Program-made: the position numbers and the translations under genes
Source of the DNA: Eledone cirrhosa
Taxonomy: Eukaryota
NCBI GenBank assembly: GCA_964016885.1
Contig: OZ024743.1
Coordinates: 321,532,001 to 321,596,000, forward strand
Direction of reading: 5' to 3'
Length of the DNA stretch: 64,000 bases
Shown here: one piece after another, positions 39,470 through 55,259 of the stretch
Position numbering within the stretch: position 1 is the stretch's first letter
Layout: each line of letters starts with the position of its first letter
The notes under the pieces: model-generated
The model's input: only the letters and a program-made list of their open reading frames with translations
The model's database searches: none
What the model was told of the DNA's origin: nothing

Positions 39470-42400
39470 TGTGCTGAAGTGGAGCTACACAGCAACATTG
39501 TGTTGAAGTGGAGCTACACAGCAACATTGTGCTGAAGTGGAGCTACACAGCAACATTGTGCTGAAGTGGAGTCACACAGCAACATTGTGTTGAAGTGGAG
39601 TCACACGGCAATATTGTGTTGACGTGGAGCCATGCAGCAACATTCTGCTGGAGTGGATCTACACAGCAACATTGTGCTGAAGTGGAGCTACACAGCAACA
39701 TTGTGCTGAAGTGGAGTCACACAGCAACATTGTGTTGAAGTGGAGCTACACAGCAACATTGTGCTGAAGTGGAACCACACAGCAACATTGTGTTGAAGTG
39801 GTGCTACACAGCAACATTGTGTTGAAGTGGACCCACACAGCAACATTGTGCTGAAGTGGAACCACACAGCAACATTGTGTTGAAGTGGAGCTACACAGCA
39901 ACATTGTGTTGAAGTGGACCCACACAGCAACATTGTGTTGAAGTGGAGCCACACAGCAACATTGTGCTGAAGTGGAGCCACACAGCAACATTGTGTTGAA
40001 GTGGTGCCACACAAAAACATTGTGTTGAAGTGGACCCACACAGCAACATTGTGCTGAAGTGGAACCACACAGCAACATTGTGTTGAAGGGGAGCCACACA
40101 GCAACATTGTGTTGAAGTGGACCCACACAGCAACATTGTGTTGAAGTGGAGCCACATAGCAACATTGTGCTGAAGTGGAGCCACACAGCAACATTGTGTT
40201 GAAGTGGAGCCACATGGCATCATTGTGTTGAATTGGAGCCACACAGCAACATTGTGTTGAAGTGGAGCCACACATCAACATTGTGTTGAAGTGGTCGCGC
40301 ACAGCAACGTTGTGTTGAAGTGGAGCCACACAGCAACATTGTGTTGAAGTGGAGCCACACAACAACAGTGTGTTGAAGTGGAGCCACACAGCAACATCGT
40401 GTTGAAGTGGAGCCACACAGCAACATTGTGTTGAAGTGGAGCCACACAGCAATATTGTGTTGGAGTGGACCCACACAGCAACATTGTGTTGAAGTGGAGC
40501 CATACAGCAACATGGTGTTGAAGTGGACCCACACATCAACATCGTGTTGAAGTGGAGACACACAGCAACATTGTGTTGAAGGGGAGCCACACAGCAACAT
40601 TGTGTTGAAGTGGATCCACACAGCAACATTGTGTTGAAGTGGAGCGACACAGCAACATTGTGCTGAAGGGGAGCCACACAGCAACATTGTGTTGAAGTGG
40701 AGTCACACAGCGACATCGTGTTGAAGTGGAGCCACATAGCAACATTGTGTTGAAGTGGAGGCCACACAGCAACATTGTGCTGAAGTGGAGCTACACAGCA
40801 ACATTGTGCTGAAGTGGAGTCACACAGCAACATTGTGTTGAAGTGGAGTCACACAGCAATATTGTGTTGACGTGGACCCACACAGCAACATTGTGTTGAA
40901 GTGGAGCTACACAGCAACATTGTGCTGGAGTGGAGCTACACAGCAACATTGTGCTGAAGTGGAGTCACACAGCAACATTGTGTTTAAGTGAGGCTACACA
41001 GCAACATTGTGCTGAAGTGGAGCCACACAGCAACATTGTGTTGAAATGGTGCCACACAGCAACATTGTGTTGAAGTGGAACCACACAGCAACATTGTGTT
41101 GAAGTGGAGCCACACAGCAACATTGTGTTGAAGGGGAGCCACACAGCAACATTGTGTTGAAGTGGGGCCACACAGCAACATTGTGTTGAAGTGGACCCAC
41201 ACAGCAACATTGTGCTGAAGTGGAGCCACATAGCAACATTGTCCTGAAGTCGAGCCACACAGCAACATTGTGTTGAAGTGGAACCACACAGCAACATTGT
41301 GTTGAAGTGGACCCACACAGCAATATTGTGTTGAAGTGGAGCCACACAACAACATTGTGTTGAAGTGGAGCTACACAGCAACATTGTTTTGAAGTGGAAC
41401 CACACAGCAATATTGTGTTGAAGTCGAGCCACACAGCAACATTGTGTTGAAGTGGACCCACACAGCAACGTTGTGTTGAAGTGGAGTCACACAGCGCAAC
41501 ATTGTGTTGAAGTAGAGCCACATAGCAGCATTGTCCTGAAGTGGAACCACACAGCAACATTAGTGCTGAAGTGGAGCCACATAGCAACATTGTCCTGATG
41601 TGGAGCCACATAGCAACATTGTCCTGAAGTGGAGCTACACAGCAACATTGCGCTGAAGTGGAGCTACACATCAACATTGTGCTGAAGTGGAGTCACACAG
41701 CAACAATGTGTTGAAGTGGAGCTTCACAGCAACATTGTGCTGAAGTGGAGCCACACAGCAACATTGTGTTGAAGTGGTGCTACACAGCAACATTGTGCTG
41801 AAGTGGACCCACACACCAACATTGTGCTGAAGTGGAGCCACACAGCAACATTGTGTTGAAGTGGAGCCACACAGCAACATTGTGTTGAAGTGGAGCCACA
41901 CAGCAATATTGTGTTGAAGTGGACCCACACAGCAACATTGTGTTGAAGTGGAGCCACACAGCAACATTGTGTTGAAGTGGAGCCACACAGCAACATTGTG
42001 CTGAAGTGGAGCCACACAGCAACATTGTGTTGAAGTGGAGCCACACAGCAACATTGTGTTGAAGTGGAGCCACACAGCAACATCGTGTTGAAGTGGAGCC
42101 ACACAGCAACATTGTGTTGAAGTGAAGCCACACAGCAACATTGTGTTGAAGTGGACCCACACAGCAACATCGTGTTGAAGTGGAGACACACAGCAACATT
42201 GTGTTGAAGGGGAGCCACACAGCAACATTGTGTTGAAGTGGAGCCACACAGCAACATTGTGTTGAAGTGGAGCGACACAGCAACATTGTGTTGAAGTGGA
42301 GGCCACACAGTAACATTGTGCTGAAGTGGAGCTACACAGCAACATTGTGTTGAAGTGGAGCCACACAGAAAAATTGTGTTGAAGTGGACCCACACAGCAA

Positions 42401-45400
42401 CATTGTGTTGAAGTGGGGCCACACAGCAACATTGTGTTGAAGTGGACCCACACAGCAACATTGTGTTGAAGTGGAGACACACAGCAACATTGTGTTGAAG
42501 TGGAGCCACACAGCAACATTGTGCTGAAGGGGAGCCACACAGCAACATTGTGTTGAAGTGGATCCACACAGCAACATTGTGTTGAAGTGGACCCACATAG
42601 CAACATTGTGTTGAAGAGGAGCCACACAGCAACATTGTTTTGAAGTGGAGCCACACAGCAATATTGTGTTGAAGTCGAGCCACACAGCAACATTGTGTTG
42701 AAGTGGACCCACACAGCAACGTTGTGTTGAAGTGGAGTCACACAGCGCAACATTGTGTTGAAGTAGAGCCACATAGCAGCATTGTCCTGAAGTGGAACCA
42801 CACAGCAACATTAGTGCTGAAGTGGAGCCACATAGCAACATTGTCCTGAAGTGGAGCCACATAGCAACATTGTCCTGAAGTGGAGCTACACAGCAAAATT
42901 GCGCTGAAGTGGAGCTACACAGCAACATTGTGCTGAAGTGGAGTCACACAGCAACAATGTGTTGAAGTGGAGCTTCACAGCAACATTGTGCTGAAGTGGA
43001 TCCACACACCAACATTGTGCTGAAGTGGAGCCACACAGCAACATTGTGTTGAAGTGGAGCCACACAGCAACATTGTGTTGAAGTGGAGCCACACAGCAAC
43101 ATTGTGTTGAAGTGGAGCCACATAGCAACATTGTCCTGAAGTCGAGCCACACAGCAACATTTTGTTGAAGTGGAACCACACAGCAACATTGTGTTGAAGT
43201 GGAGCCACACAACAATATTGTGTTGAAGTCGACCCACACAGCAAAATTGTGTTGAAGTGGACCCACACAGAAACATTGTGCTGAAGTGGAACCACACAGC
43301 AACATTAGTGCTGAAGTGGAGCCACACAGCAACATTAGTGCTGAAGTGGAGCCACATAGCAACATTGTCCTGAAGGGGAGCCACACAGCAACATTGTGCT
43401 GAAGAGGAGCTACACAGCAACATTGTGCTGAAGTGGAGTCACACAGCAACATTGTGTTGAAGTGGAGCTTCACAGCAACATTGTGCTGAAGTGGTTCCAC
43501 ACAGCAACATTGTGTTGAAGTGGTGCCACACAGCAACATTGTGCTGAAGTGGACCCACACACCAACATTGTGCTGAAGTGGAGCCACACAGCAACATTGT
43601 GTTGAAGTGGAGCCACACAGCAACATTGTGTTGAAGTGGATCCACACAGCAACACTGTGCTGAAGTGGAGCCACACAGCAACATTGTGTTGAAGTGGAGC
43701 CACACAGCAACATTGTGCTGAAGCGGAGCCACTCAGCAATATTGTGTTGAAGTGGTGCCACACAGCAACATTGTGCTGAAGTGGACCCACACACCAACAT
43801 TGTGCTGAAGTGGGGCCACACAGCAACATTGTGTTGAAGTGGAGCCATACAGCAACATTGTGTTGAAGGGGAGCCACACAGCAACATTGTGTTGAAGTGG
43901 AGTCTCACAGCAACATTGTGTTGAAGTGGAGCCACACAGCAACATTGTGCTGAAGTTGAGCCACACAGCAACATTGTGTTCAGGTGGAGCCACACGGCAA
44001 CATTGTGTTGAAGTGGAGCCACACAGCAATATTGTGCTGAAGTGGAGCCACTCAGCAATATTGTGTTGAAGTGGTGCCACACAGCAACATTGTGCTGAAG
44101 TGGACCCACACACCAACATTGTGCTGAAGTGGGGCCACACAGCAACATTGTGTTGAAGTGGAGCCATACAGCAACATTGTGTTGAAGGGGAGCCACACAG
44201 CAACATTGTGTTGAAGTGGAGTCTCACAGCAACATTGTGTTGAAGTGGAGCCACACAGCAACATTGTGCTGAAGTTGAGCCACACAGCAACATTGTGTTC
44301 AGGTGGAGCCACACGGCAACATTGTGTTGAAGTGGAGCCACACAGCAATATTGTGTTCAAGTGGAGCCACACAGCAATATTGTGTTCAAGTGGAGCCACA
44401 TAGCAACATTGTGTTAAAGTGGACCCACACAGCAACATTGTGTTGAAGTGGAGCCACACATCAACATTGTGTTGAAGTGGAGCCACACAGCAACATTGTG
44501 TTGAAGTGGAGCCACATAGCAACATTGTGTTGAAGTGGAGCCACACAGCAACATTGTGTTGAAATGGTCCCACACAGCAACATTGTGCTGAAGTGGAGCT
44601 ACACAGCAACATTGTGTTGAAGTGGAGCTACACAGCAACATTGTGCTGAAGTGGAGCTACACAGCAACATTGTGCTGAAGTGGAGTCACACAGCAACATT
44701 GTGTTGAAGTGGAGTCACACGGCAATATTGTGTTGACGTGGAGCCATGCAGCAACATTCTGCTGGAGTGGATCTACACAGCAACATTGTGCTGAGGTGGA
44801 GCTACACAGCAACATTGTGCTGAAGTGGAGTCACACAGCAACATTGTGTTGAAGTGGAGCTACACAGCAACATTGTGCTGAAGTGGAACCACACAGCAAC
44901 ATTGTGTTGAAGTGGTGCTACACAGCAACATTGTGTTGAAGTGGACCCACACAGCAACATTGTGCTGAAGTGGAACCACACAGCAACATTGTGTTGAAGT
45001 GGAGCTACACAGCAACATTGTGTTGAAGTGGACCCACACAGCAACATTGTGCTGAAGTGGAGCCACACAGCAACATTGTGTTGAAGTGGTGCCACACAAA
45101 AACATTGTGTTGAAGTGGACCCACACAGCAACATTGTGCTGAAGTGGAACCACACAGCAACATTGTGTTGAAGGGGAGCCACACAGCAACATTGTGTTGA
45201 AGTGGACCCACACAGCAACATTGTGTTGAAGTGGAGCCACATAGCAACATTGTGCTGAAGTGGAGCCACACAGCAACATTGTGTTGAAGTGGAGCCACAT
45301 GGCATCATTGTGTTGAATTGGAGCCACACAGCAACATTGTGTTGAAGTGGAGCCACACATCAACATTGTGTTGAAGTGGACCCGCACAGCAACGTTGTGT

Positions 45401-48400
45401 TGAAGTGGAGCCACACAGCAACATTGTGTTGAAGTGGAGCCACACAGCAACATTGTGTTGAAGTGGAGCCACACAGCAACATCGTGTTGAAGTGGAGCCA
45501 CACAACAACATTGTGTTGAAGTGGAGCCACACAGCAATATTGTGTTGGAGTGGACCCACACAGCAACATTGTGTTGAAGTGGAGCCACACAGCAACATGG
45601 TGTTGAAGTGGACCCACACATCAACATCGTGTTGAAGTGGAGACACACAGCAACATTGTGTTGAAGGGGAGCCACACAGCAACATTGTGTTGAAGTGGAT
45701 CCACACAGCAACATTGTGTTGAAGTGGAGCGACACAGCAACATTGTGCTGAAGGGGAGCCACACAGAAACATTGTGTTGAAGTGGAGTCACACAAAGACA
45801 TCGTGTTGAAGTGGAGCCACATAGCAACATTGTGTTGAAGTGGAGGCCACACAGCAACATTGTGCTGAAGTGGAGCTACACAGCAACATTGTGCTGAAGT
45901 GGAGTCACACAGCAACATTGTGTTGAAGTGGAGTCACACAGCAATATTGTGTTGACGTGGACCCACACAGCAACATTGTGTTGAAGTGGAGCTACACAGC
46001 AACATTGTGCTGGAGTGGAGCTACACAGCAACATTGTGCTGAAGTGGAGTCACACAGCAACATTGTGTTGAAGTGAGGCTACACAGCAACATTGTGCTGA
46101 AGTGGAGCCACACAGCAACATTGTGTTGAAATGGTGCCACACAGCAACATTGTGTTGAAGTGGAACCACACAGCAACATTGTGTTGAAGTGGAGCCACAC
46201 AGCAACATTGTGTTGAAGGGGAGCCACACAGCAACATTGTGTTGAAGTGGGGCCACACAGCAACATTGTGTTGAAGTGGACCCACACAGCAACATTGTGC
46301 TGAAGTGGAGCCACATAGCAACATTGTCCTGAAGTCGAGCCACACAGCAACATTGTGTTGAAGTGGAACCACACAGCAACATTGTGTTGAAGTGGACCCA
46401 CACAGCAATATTGTGTTGAAGTGGAGCCACACAACAACATTGTGTTGAAGTGGAGCTACACAGCAACATTGTTTTGAAGTGGAACCACACAGCAATATTG
46501 TGTTGAAGTCGAGCCACACAGCAACATTGTGTTGAAGTGGACCCACACAGCAACGTTGTGTTGAAGTGGAGTCACACAGCGCAACATTGTGTTGAAGTAG
46601 AGCCACATAGCAGCATTGTCCTGAAGTGGAACCACACAGCAACATTAGTGCTGAAGTGGAGCCACATAGCAACATTGTCCTGATGTGGAGCCACATAGCA
46701 ACATTGTCCTGAAGTGGAGCTACACAGCAACATTGCGCTGAAGTGGAGCTACACATCAACATTGTGCTGAAGTGGAGTCACACAGCAACAATGTGTTGAA
46801 GTGGAGCTTCACAGCAACATTGTGCTGAAGTGGAGCCACACAGCAACATTGTGTTGAAGTGGTGCTACACAGCAACATTGTGCTGAAGTGGACCCACACA
46901 CCAACATTGTGCTGAAGTGGAGCCACACAGCAACATTGTGTTGAAGTGGAGCCACACAGCAACATTGTGTTGAAGTGGAGCCACACAGCAATATTGTGTT
47001 GAAGTGGACCCACACAGCAACATTGTGTTGAAGTGGAGCCACACAGCAACATTGTGTTGAAGTGGAGCCACACAGCAACATTGTGCTGAAGTGGAGCCAC
47101 ACAGCAACATTGTGTTGAAGTGGAGCCACACAGCAACATTGCGTTGAAGTGGAGCCACACAGCAACATCGTGTTGAAGTGGAGCCACACAGCAACATTGT
47201 GTTGAAGTGGAGCCACACAGCAACATTGTGTTGAAGTGGACCCACACAGCAACATCGTGTTGAAGTGGAGACACACAGCAACATTGTGTTGAAGGGGAGC
47301 CACACAGCAACATTGTGTTGAAGTGGAGCCACACAGCAACATTGTGTTGAAGTGGAGCGACACAGCAACATTGTGTTGAAGTGGAGGCCACACAGTAACA
47401 TTGTGCTGAAGTGGAGCTACACAGCAACATTGTGTTGAAGTGGAGCCACACAGAAAAATTGTGTTGAAGTGGACCCACACAGCAACATTGTGTTGAAGTG
47501 GAGCCACACAGCAACATTGTGTTGAAGTGGACCCACACAGCAACATTGTGTTGAAGTGGAGACACACAGCAACATTGTGTTGAAGTGGAGCCACACAGCA
47601 ACATTGTGCTGAAGGGGAGCCACACAGCAACATTGTGTTGAAGTGGATCCACACAGCAACATTGTGTTGAAGTGGACCCACATAGCAACATTGTGTTGAA
47701 GAGGAGCCACACAGCAACATTGTTTTGAAGTGGAGCCACACAGCAATATTGTGTTGAAGTCGAGCCACACAGCAACATTGTGTTGAAGTGGACCCACACA
47801 GCAACGTTGTGTTGAAGTGGAGTCACACAGCGCAACATTGTGTTGAAGTAGAGCCACATAGCAGCATTGTCCTGAAGTGGAACCACACAGCAACATTAGT
47901 GCTGAAGTGGAGCCACATAGCAACATTGTCCTGAAGTGGAGCCACATAGCAACATTGTCCTGAAGTGGAGCTACACAGCAACATTGCGCTGAAGTGGAGC
48001 TACACAGCAACATTGTGCTGAAGTGGAGTCACACAGCAACAATGTGTTGAAGTGGAGCTTCACAGCAACATTGTGCTGAAGTGGATCCACACACCAACAT
48101 TGTGCTGAAGTGGAGACACACAGCAACATTGTGTTGAAGTGGAGCCACACAGCAACATTGTGTTGAAGTGGAGCCACACAGCAACATTGTGTTGAAGTGG
48201 AGCCACATAGCAACATTGTCCTGAAGTCGAGCCACACAGCAACATTTTGTTGAAGTGGAACCACACAGCAACATTATGTTGAAGTGGAGCCACACAACAA
48301 TATTGTGTTGAAGTCGACCCACACAGCAAAATTGTGTTGAAGTGGACCCACACAGAAACATTGTGCTGAAGTGGAACCACACAGCAACATTAGTGCTGAA

Positions 48401-49310
48401 GTGGAGCCACACAGCAACATTAGTGCTGAAGTGGAGCCACATAGCAACATTGTCCTGAAGGGGAGCCACACAGCAACATTGTGCTGAAGAGGAGCTACAC
48501 AGCAACATTGTGCTGAAGTGGAGTCACACAGCAACATTGTGTTGAAGTGGAGCTTCACAGCAACATTGTGCTGAAGTGGTTCCACACAGCAACATTGTGT
48601 TGAAGTGGTGCCACACAGCAACATTGTGCTGAAGTGGACCCACACACCAACATTGTGCTGAAGTGGAGCCACACAGCAACATTGTGTTGAAGTGGAGCCA
48701 CACAGCAACATTGTGTTGAAGTGGATCCACACAGCAACACTGTGCTGAAGTGGAGCCACACAGCAACATTGTGTTGAAGTGGAGCCACACAGCAACATTG
48801 TGCTGAAGTGGAGCCACTCAGCAATATTGTGTTGAAGTGGTGCCACACAGCAACATTGTGCTGAAGTGGACCCACACACCAACATTGTGCTGAAGTGGGG
48901 CCACACAGCAACATTGTGTTGAAGTGGAGCCATACAGCAACATTGTGTTGAAGGGGAGCCACACAGCAACATTGTGTTGAAGTGGAGTCTCACAGCAACA
49001 TTGTGTTGAAGTGGAGCCACACAGCAACATTGTGCTGAAGTTGAGCCACACAGCAACATTGTGTTCAGGTGGAGCCACACGGCAACATTGTGTTGAAGTG
49101 GAGCCACACAGCAATATTGTGTTCAAGTGGAGCCACACAGCAATATTGTGTTCAAGTGGAGCCACATAGCAACATTGTATTAAAGTGGACCCACACAGCA
49201 ACATTGTGTTGAAGTGGAGCCACACATCAACATTGTGTTGAAGTGGAGCCACACAGCAACATTGTGTTGAAGTGGAGCCACATAGCAACATTGTGTTGAA
49301 GTGGAGCCAC
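39470..49310 (+). repeat. Tandem duplication, unit ~5085-5114 bp
   Basis: Offsets 5114 (39688/44802) and 5085 (40220/45305, 40965/46050, 41671/46756, 42944/48029, 43439/48524). Confidence 0.92.
43730..44365 (+). repeat. Nested 319-bp (11-monomer) tandem duplication in one copy of the 5.1-kb unit
   Basis: The series CCACTCAG, GGTGCC, CACACCAAC, GGGGCC, GCCATAC, GGAGTCTC, GTTGAGCC, TTCAGG occurs twice (ORF ends 43733/44052) but only once in the 48.8-49.1 kb sister copy. Confidence 0.88.
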
Positions 49311-52300
49311 ACAGCAACATTGTGTTGAAGTGGAGCCACACAGCAATATTGTGTTGAAGGGGACCCACACAGCAACATTGTGTTGAAGTGGAGCCACACA
49401 GCAACATTGTGTTGAAGTGGAGCCACACAGCAACATTGTGTTGAAGTGGAGCCACACAGCAACATCGTGTGGAAGTGGAGCCACACAGCAACATTGTGTT
49501 GAAGTGGAGCCACGCAGCAACATTGTGTTGAAGTGGAGCGACACAGCAACATTGTGTTGAAGTGGAGGCCACACAGCAACATTGTGCTGAAGTGGAGCTA
49601 CACAGCAACATTGTGTTGAAGTGGAGCCACACAGAAAAATTGTGTTGAAGTGGAGCCACACAGCAACATTGTGTTGAAGTGGAGACACACAGCAACATTG
49701 TGTTGAAGTGGAGACACACAGCAACATTGTGTTGAAGGGGAGCCACACAGCAACATTGTGTTGAAGTGGAGCCACACAGCAACATTGTGTTGAAGTGGAG
49801 CGACACAGAAACATTGTGATGAAGGGGAGCCACACAGCAACATTGTGTTGAAGTGGAGCCACACAGCGACATTGTGTTGAAGTGGAGCCACATAGCAACA
49901 TTGTGTTGAAGTGGATCCACATAGCAACATTGTGTTGAAGTGGACCCACATAGCAACATTGTGTTGAAGAGGAGCCACACAGCAACATTGTTTTGAAGTG
50001 GAGCCACGCAGCAATATTGTGTTGAAGTCGAGCCACACAGCAACATTGTGTTGAAGTGGACCCACACAGCAACGTTGTGTTGAAGTGGAGTCACACAGCG
50101 CAACATTGTGTTGAAGTAGAGCCACATAGCAGCATTGTCCTGAAGTGGAACCACACAGCAACATTAGTGCTGAAGTGGAGCCACATAGCAACATTGTCCT
50201 GAAGTGGAGCCACATAGCAACATTGTCCTGAAGTGGAGCTACACAGCATCATTGCGCTGAAGTGGAGCTACACAGCAACATTGTGCTGAAGTGGAGTCAG
50301 ACAGCAACAATGTGTTGAAGTGGAGCTTCACAGCAACATTGTGCTGAAGTGGAGTCACACAGCAACATTGTGTTGAAGTGGTGCTACACAGCAACATTGT
50401 GCTGAAGTGGACCCACACACCAACATTGTGCTGAAGTGGAGCCACACAGCAACATTGTGTTGAAGTGTAGCCACACAGCAACATTGTGTTGGAGTGGAGC
50501 CACACAGCAACATTGTGTTGAAGTGGAGCCACATAGCAACATTGTCCTGAAGTCGAGCCACACAGCAACATTTTGTTGAAGTGGAACCACACAGCAACAT
50601 TGTGTTGAAGTGGAGCCACACAACAATATTGTGTTTAAGTCGACCCACACAGCAAAATTGTGTTGAAGTGGAACCACACAGCAACATTGTGCTGAAGTGG
50701 AACCACACAGCAACATTAGTGCTGAAGTGGAGCCACACAGCAACATTAGTGCTGAAGTGGAGCCACATAGCAACATTGTCCTGAAGGGGAGCCACACAGC
50801 AACATTGTGCTGAAGAGGAGCTACACAGCAACATTGTGCTGAAGTGGAGTCACACTGCAACATTGTGTTGAAGTGGTGCCACACAGCAACATTGTGTTGA
50901 AGTGGACCCACACACCAACATTGTGCTGAAGTGGAGCCACACAGCAACATTGTGTTGAAGTGGAGCCACACAGCAACATTGTGTTGAAGTGGAGCCACAC
51001 AGCAACATTGTGTTGAAGTGGATCCACGCAACAACATTGTGTTGAAGTGGATCCACACAGCAACATTGTGCTGAAGTGGAGCCACACAGCAACATTGTGT
51101 TGAAGTGGAGCTACACAGCAACATTGTGTTGAAGTGGAGCCACACAGCAACATTGTGTTGAAGTGGAGCAACATAGCAACATTGTGTTGAAATGGAGCCA
51201 CACATCAATATTGTGTTGAAGTGGAGCGACATAGCAACATTGTGCTGAAGTGGAGCCACACAGCAACATGGTGTTGAAGTGGAACCACACAGCAACATTG
51301 TGTTGAAGTGGAGCCACACAGCAATATTGTGTTGAAGGGGACCCACACAGCAACATTGTGTTGAAGTGGAGCCACACTGCAATATTGTGTTGAAGGGGAC
51401 CCACACAGCAACATTGTGTTGAAGTGGAGCGACACAGAAACATTGTGATGAAGGGGAGCCGCCCAGCAACAATGTGTTGAAGTGGAGCCACACAGCGACA
51501 TTGTGTTGAAGTGGAGCCACATAGCAACATTGTGTTGAAGTGGAGACACACAGCAACATTGTGTTGAAGTGGAGCCACACAGCAACATTGTGCTGAAGGG
51601 GAGCCACACAGCAACATTGTGTTGAAGTGGATCCACACAGCAACATTGTGTTGAAGTGGACCCACATAGCAACATTGTGTTGAAGAGGAGCCACACAGCA
51701 ACATTGTTTTGAAGTGGAGCCACACAGCAATATTGTGTTGAGGTCGAGCCACACAGCAACATTGTGTTGAAGTGGACCCACACAGCAACGTTGTGTTGAA
51801 GTGGAGTCACACAGCGCAACATTGTATTGAAGTAGAGCCACATAGCAGCATTGTCCTGAAGTGGAACCACACAGCAACATTAGTGCTATAGTGGAGCCAC
51901 ATAGCAACATTGTCCTGAAGTGGAGCCACATAGCAACATTGTCCTGAAGTGGAGCTACACAGCAACATTGCGCTGAAGTGGAGCTACACAGCAACATTGT
52001 GCTGAAGTGGAGTCACACAGCAACAATGTGTTGAAGTGGAGCTTCACAGCAACATTGTGCTGAAGTGGAGCCACACAGCAACATTGTGTTGAAGTGGTGC
52101 TACACAGCAACATTGTGCTGAAGTGGACCCACACACCAACATTGTGCTGAAGTGGAGCCACACAGCAACATTGTGTTGAAGTGGAGCCACACAACAATAT
52201 TGTGTTGAACTCGACCCACACAGCAAAATTGTGCTGAAGTGGAGCCACACAGCAACATTGTGTTGAAATGGAGCCACTCAGCAATATTGTGTTCAAGTGG

Positions 52301-55259
52301 AGCCACATAACAACATTGTGTTGAAGTGGACCCACACAGCAACATTGTGTTGAAGTGGAGCCACACATCAACATTGTGTTGAAGTGGATCCACACAGCAA
52401 CATTGTGTTGAAGTGGAGCCACACAGCAACATTGTGTTGAAGTGGAGCCACACAGCAACATTGGTTGAAGTGGAGCCACACAGCAACATTGTGTTGAAGT
52501 GGAGCCACACAGCAATGTTGTGTTGAAGGGGACCCACACAGCAACATTGTGTTGAAGTGGAGCCACACAGCAACATTGTGTTGAAGTGGAGACACACAGG
52601 AACATTGTGTTGAAGTGGAGCGACACAGCAACATTGTGTTGACGTGGAGGCCACACAGCAACATTGTGCTGAAGTGGAGCCACACAGAAAAATTGTGTTG
52701 AAGTGGACCCACACAGCAACATTGTGTTGAAGTGGAGCCACACAGCAACATTGTGTTGAAGTGGAGACACACAGCAACATTGTGTTGAAGTGGAGACACA
52801 CAGCAACATTGTGTTGAAGGGGAGCCACACAGCAACATTGTGTTGAAGTGGAGCCACACAGCAACATTGTGTTGAAGGGGAGCGACACAGAAACATTGTG
52901 ATGAAGGGGAGCCACACAGCGACATTGTGTTGAAGTGGAGCCACATAGCAACATTGTGTTGAAGTGGAGACACACAGCAACATTGTGTTGAAGTGGAGCC
53001 ACACAGCAACATTGTGCTGAAGGGGAGCCACACAGCTACATTGTGTTGAAGTGGATCCACACAGCAACATTGTGTTGAAGTGGACCCACATAGCAACATT
53101 GTGTTGAAGTCGAGCCACACAGCAACATTGTTTTGAAGTGGAGCCACACAGCAATATTGTGTTGAAGTCGAGCCACACAGCAACATTGTGTTGAAGTGGA
53201 CCCACACAGCAACGTTGTGTTGAAGTGGAGTCACACAGCGCAACATTGTGTTGAAGTAGAGCCACATAGCAGCATTGTCCTGAAGTGGAACCACACAGCA
53301 ACATTAGTGCTGAAGTGGAGCCACATAGCAACATTGTCCTGATGTGGAGCCACATAGCAACATTGTCCTGAAGTGGAGCTACACAGCAACATTGCGCTGA
53401 AGTGGAGCTACACATCAACATTGTGCTGAAGTGGAGTCACACAGCAACAATGTGTTGAAGTGGAGCTTCACAGCAACATTGTGCTGAAGTGGAGCCACAC
53501 AGCAACATTGTGTTGAAGTGGTGCTACACAGCAACATTGTGCTGAAGTGGACCCACACACCAACATTGTGCTGAAGTGGAGCCACACAGCAACATTGTGT
53601 TGAAGTGGAGCCACACAGCAACATTGTGTTGAAGTGGAGCCACACAGCAATATTGTGTTGAAGTGGACCCACACAGCAACATTGTGTTGAAGTTGAGCCA
53701 TACAGCAACATTGTGTTGAAGTGGAGCCACACAGCAACAGTGTGCTGAAGTGGAGCCACACAGCAACATTGTGTTGAAGTGGAGCCACACAGCAGCATTG
53801 TGTTGAAGTGGAGCCACACAGCAACATCGTGTTGAAGTGGAGGCCACACAGCAACATTGTGTTGAAGTGGAGCCACACAGCAACATTGTGTTGAAGTGGA
53901 CACACACAGCAACATCGTGTTGAAGTGGAGACACACAGCAACATTGTGTTGAAGGGGAGCCACACAGCAACATTGTGTTGAAGTGGAGCCACACAGCAAC
54001 ATTGTGTTGAAGTGGAGCGAAAGAGCAACATTATGTTGAAGTGGAGGCCACACAGTAACATTGTGCTGAAGTGGAGCTACACAGCAACATTGTGTTGAAG
54101 TGGAGCCACACAGAAAAATTGTGTTGAAGTGGACCCACACAGCAACATTGTGTTGAAGTGGAGCCACACAGCAACATTGTGTTGAAGTGGACCCACACAG
54201 CAACATTGTGTTGAAGTGGAGACACACAGCAACATTGTGTTGAAGTGGAGCCACACAGCAACATTGTGCTGAAGGGGAGCCACACAGCAACATTGTGTTG
54301 AAGTGGATCCACACAGCAACATTGTGTTGAAGTGGACCCACATAGCAACATTGTGTTGAAGAGGAGCCACACAGCAACATTGTTTTGAAGTGGAGCCACA
54401 CAGCAATATTGTCCTGAAGTGGAGCCACATAGCAACATTGTCCTGAAGTGGAGCTACACAGCAACATTGCGCTGAAGTGGAGCTACACAGCAACATTGTG
54501 CTGAAGTGGAGTCACACAGCAACAATTTGTTGAAGTGGAGCTTCACAGCAACATTGTGCTGAAGTGGATCCACACACCAACATTGTGCTGAAGTGGAGCC
54601 ACACAGCAACATTGTGTTGAAGTGGAGCCACACAGCAACATTGTGTTGAAGTGGAGCCACACAGCAACATTGTGTTGAAGTGGAGCCACATAGCAACATT
54701 GTCCTGAAGTCGAGCCACACAGCAACATTTTGTTGAAGTTGAACCACACAGCAACATTGTGTTGAAGTGGAACCACACAACAATATTGTGTTGAAGTCGA
54801 CCCACACAGCAAAATTGTGTTGAAGTGGACCCACACAGAAACATTGTGCTGAAGTGGAACCACACAGCAACATTAGTGCTGAAGTGGAGCCACACAGCAA
54901 CATTAGTGCTGAAGTGGAGCCACATAGCAACATTGTCCTGAAGGGGAGCCACACAGCAACATTGTGCTGAAGAGGAGCTACACAGCAACATTGTGCTGAA
55001 GTGGAGTCACACAGCAACATTGTGTTGAAGTGGAGCTTCACAGCAACATTGTGCTGAAGTGGTTCCACACAGCAACATTGTGTTGAAGTGGTGCCACACA
55101 GCAACATTGTGCTGAAGTGGACCCACACACCAACATTGTGCTGAAGTGGAGCCACACAGCAACATTGTGTTGAAGTGGAGCCACACAGCAACATTGTGTT
55201 GAAGTGGATCCACGCAACAACATTGTATTGAAGTGGATCCACACAGCAACACTGTGCTG

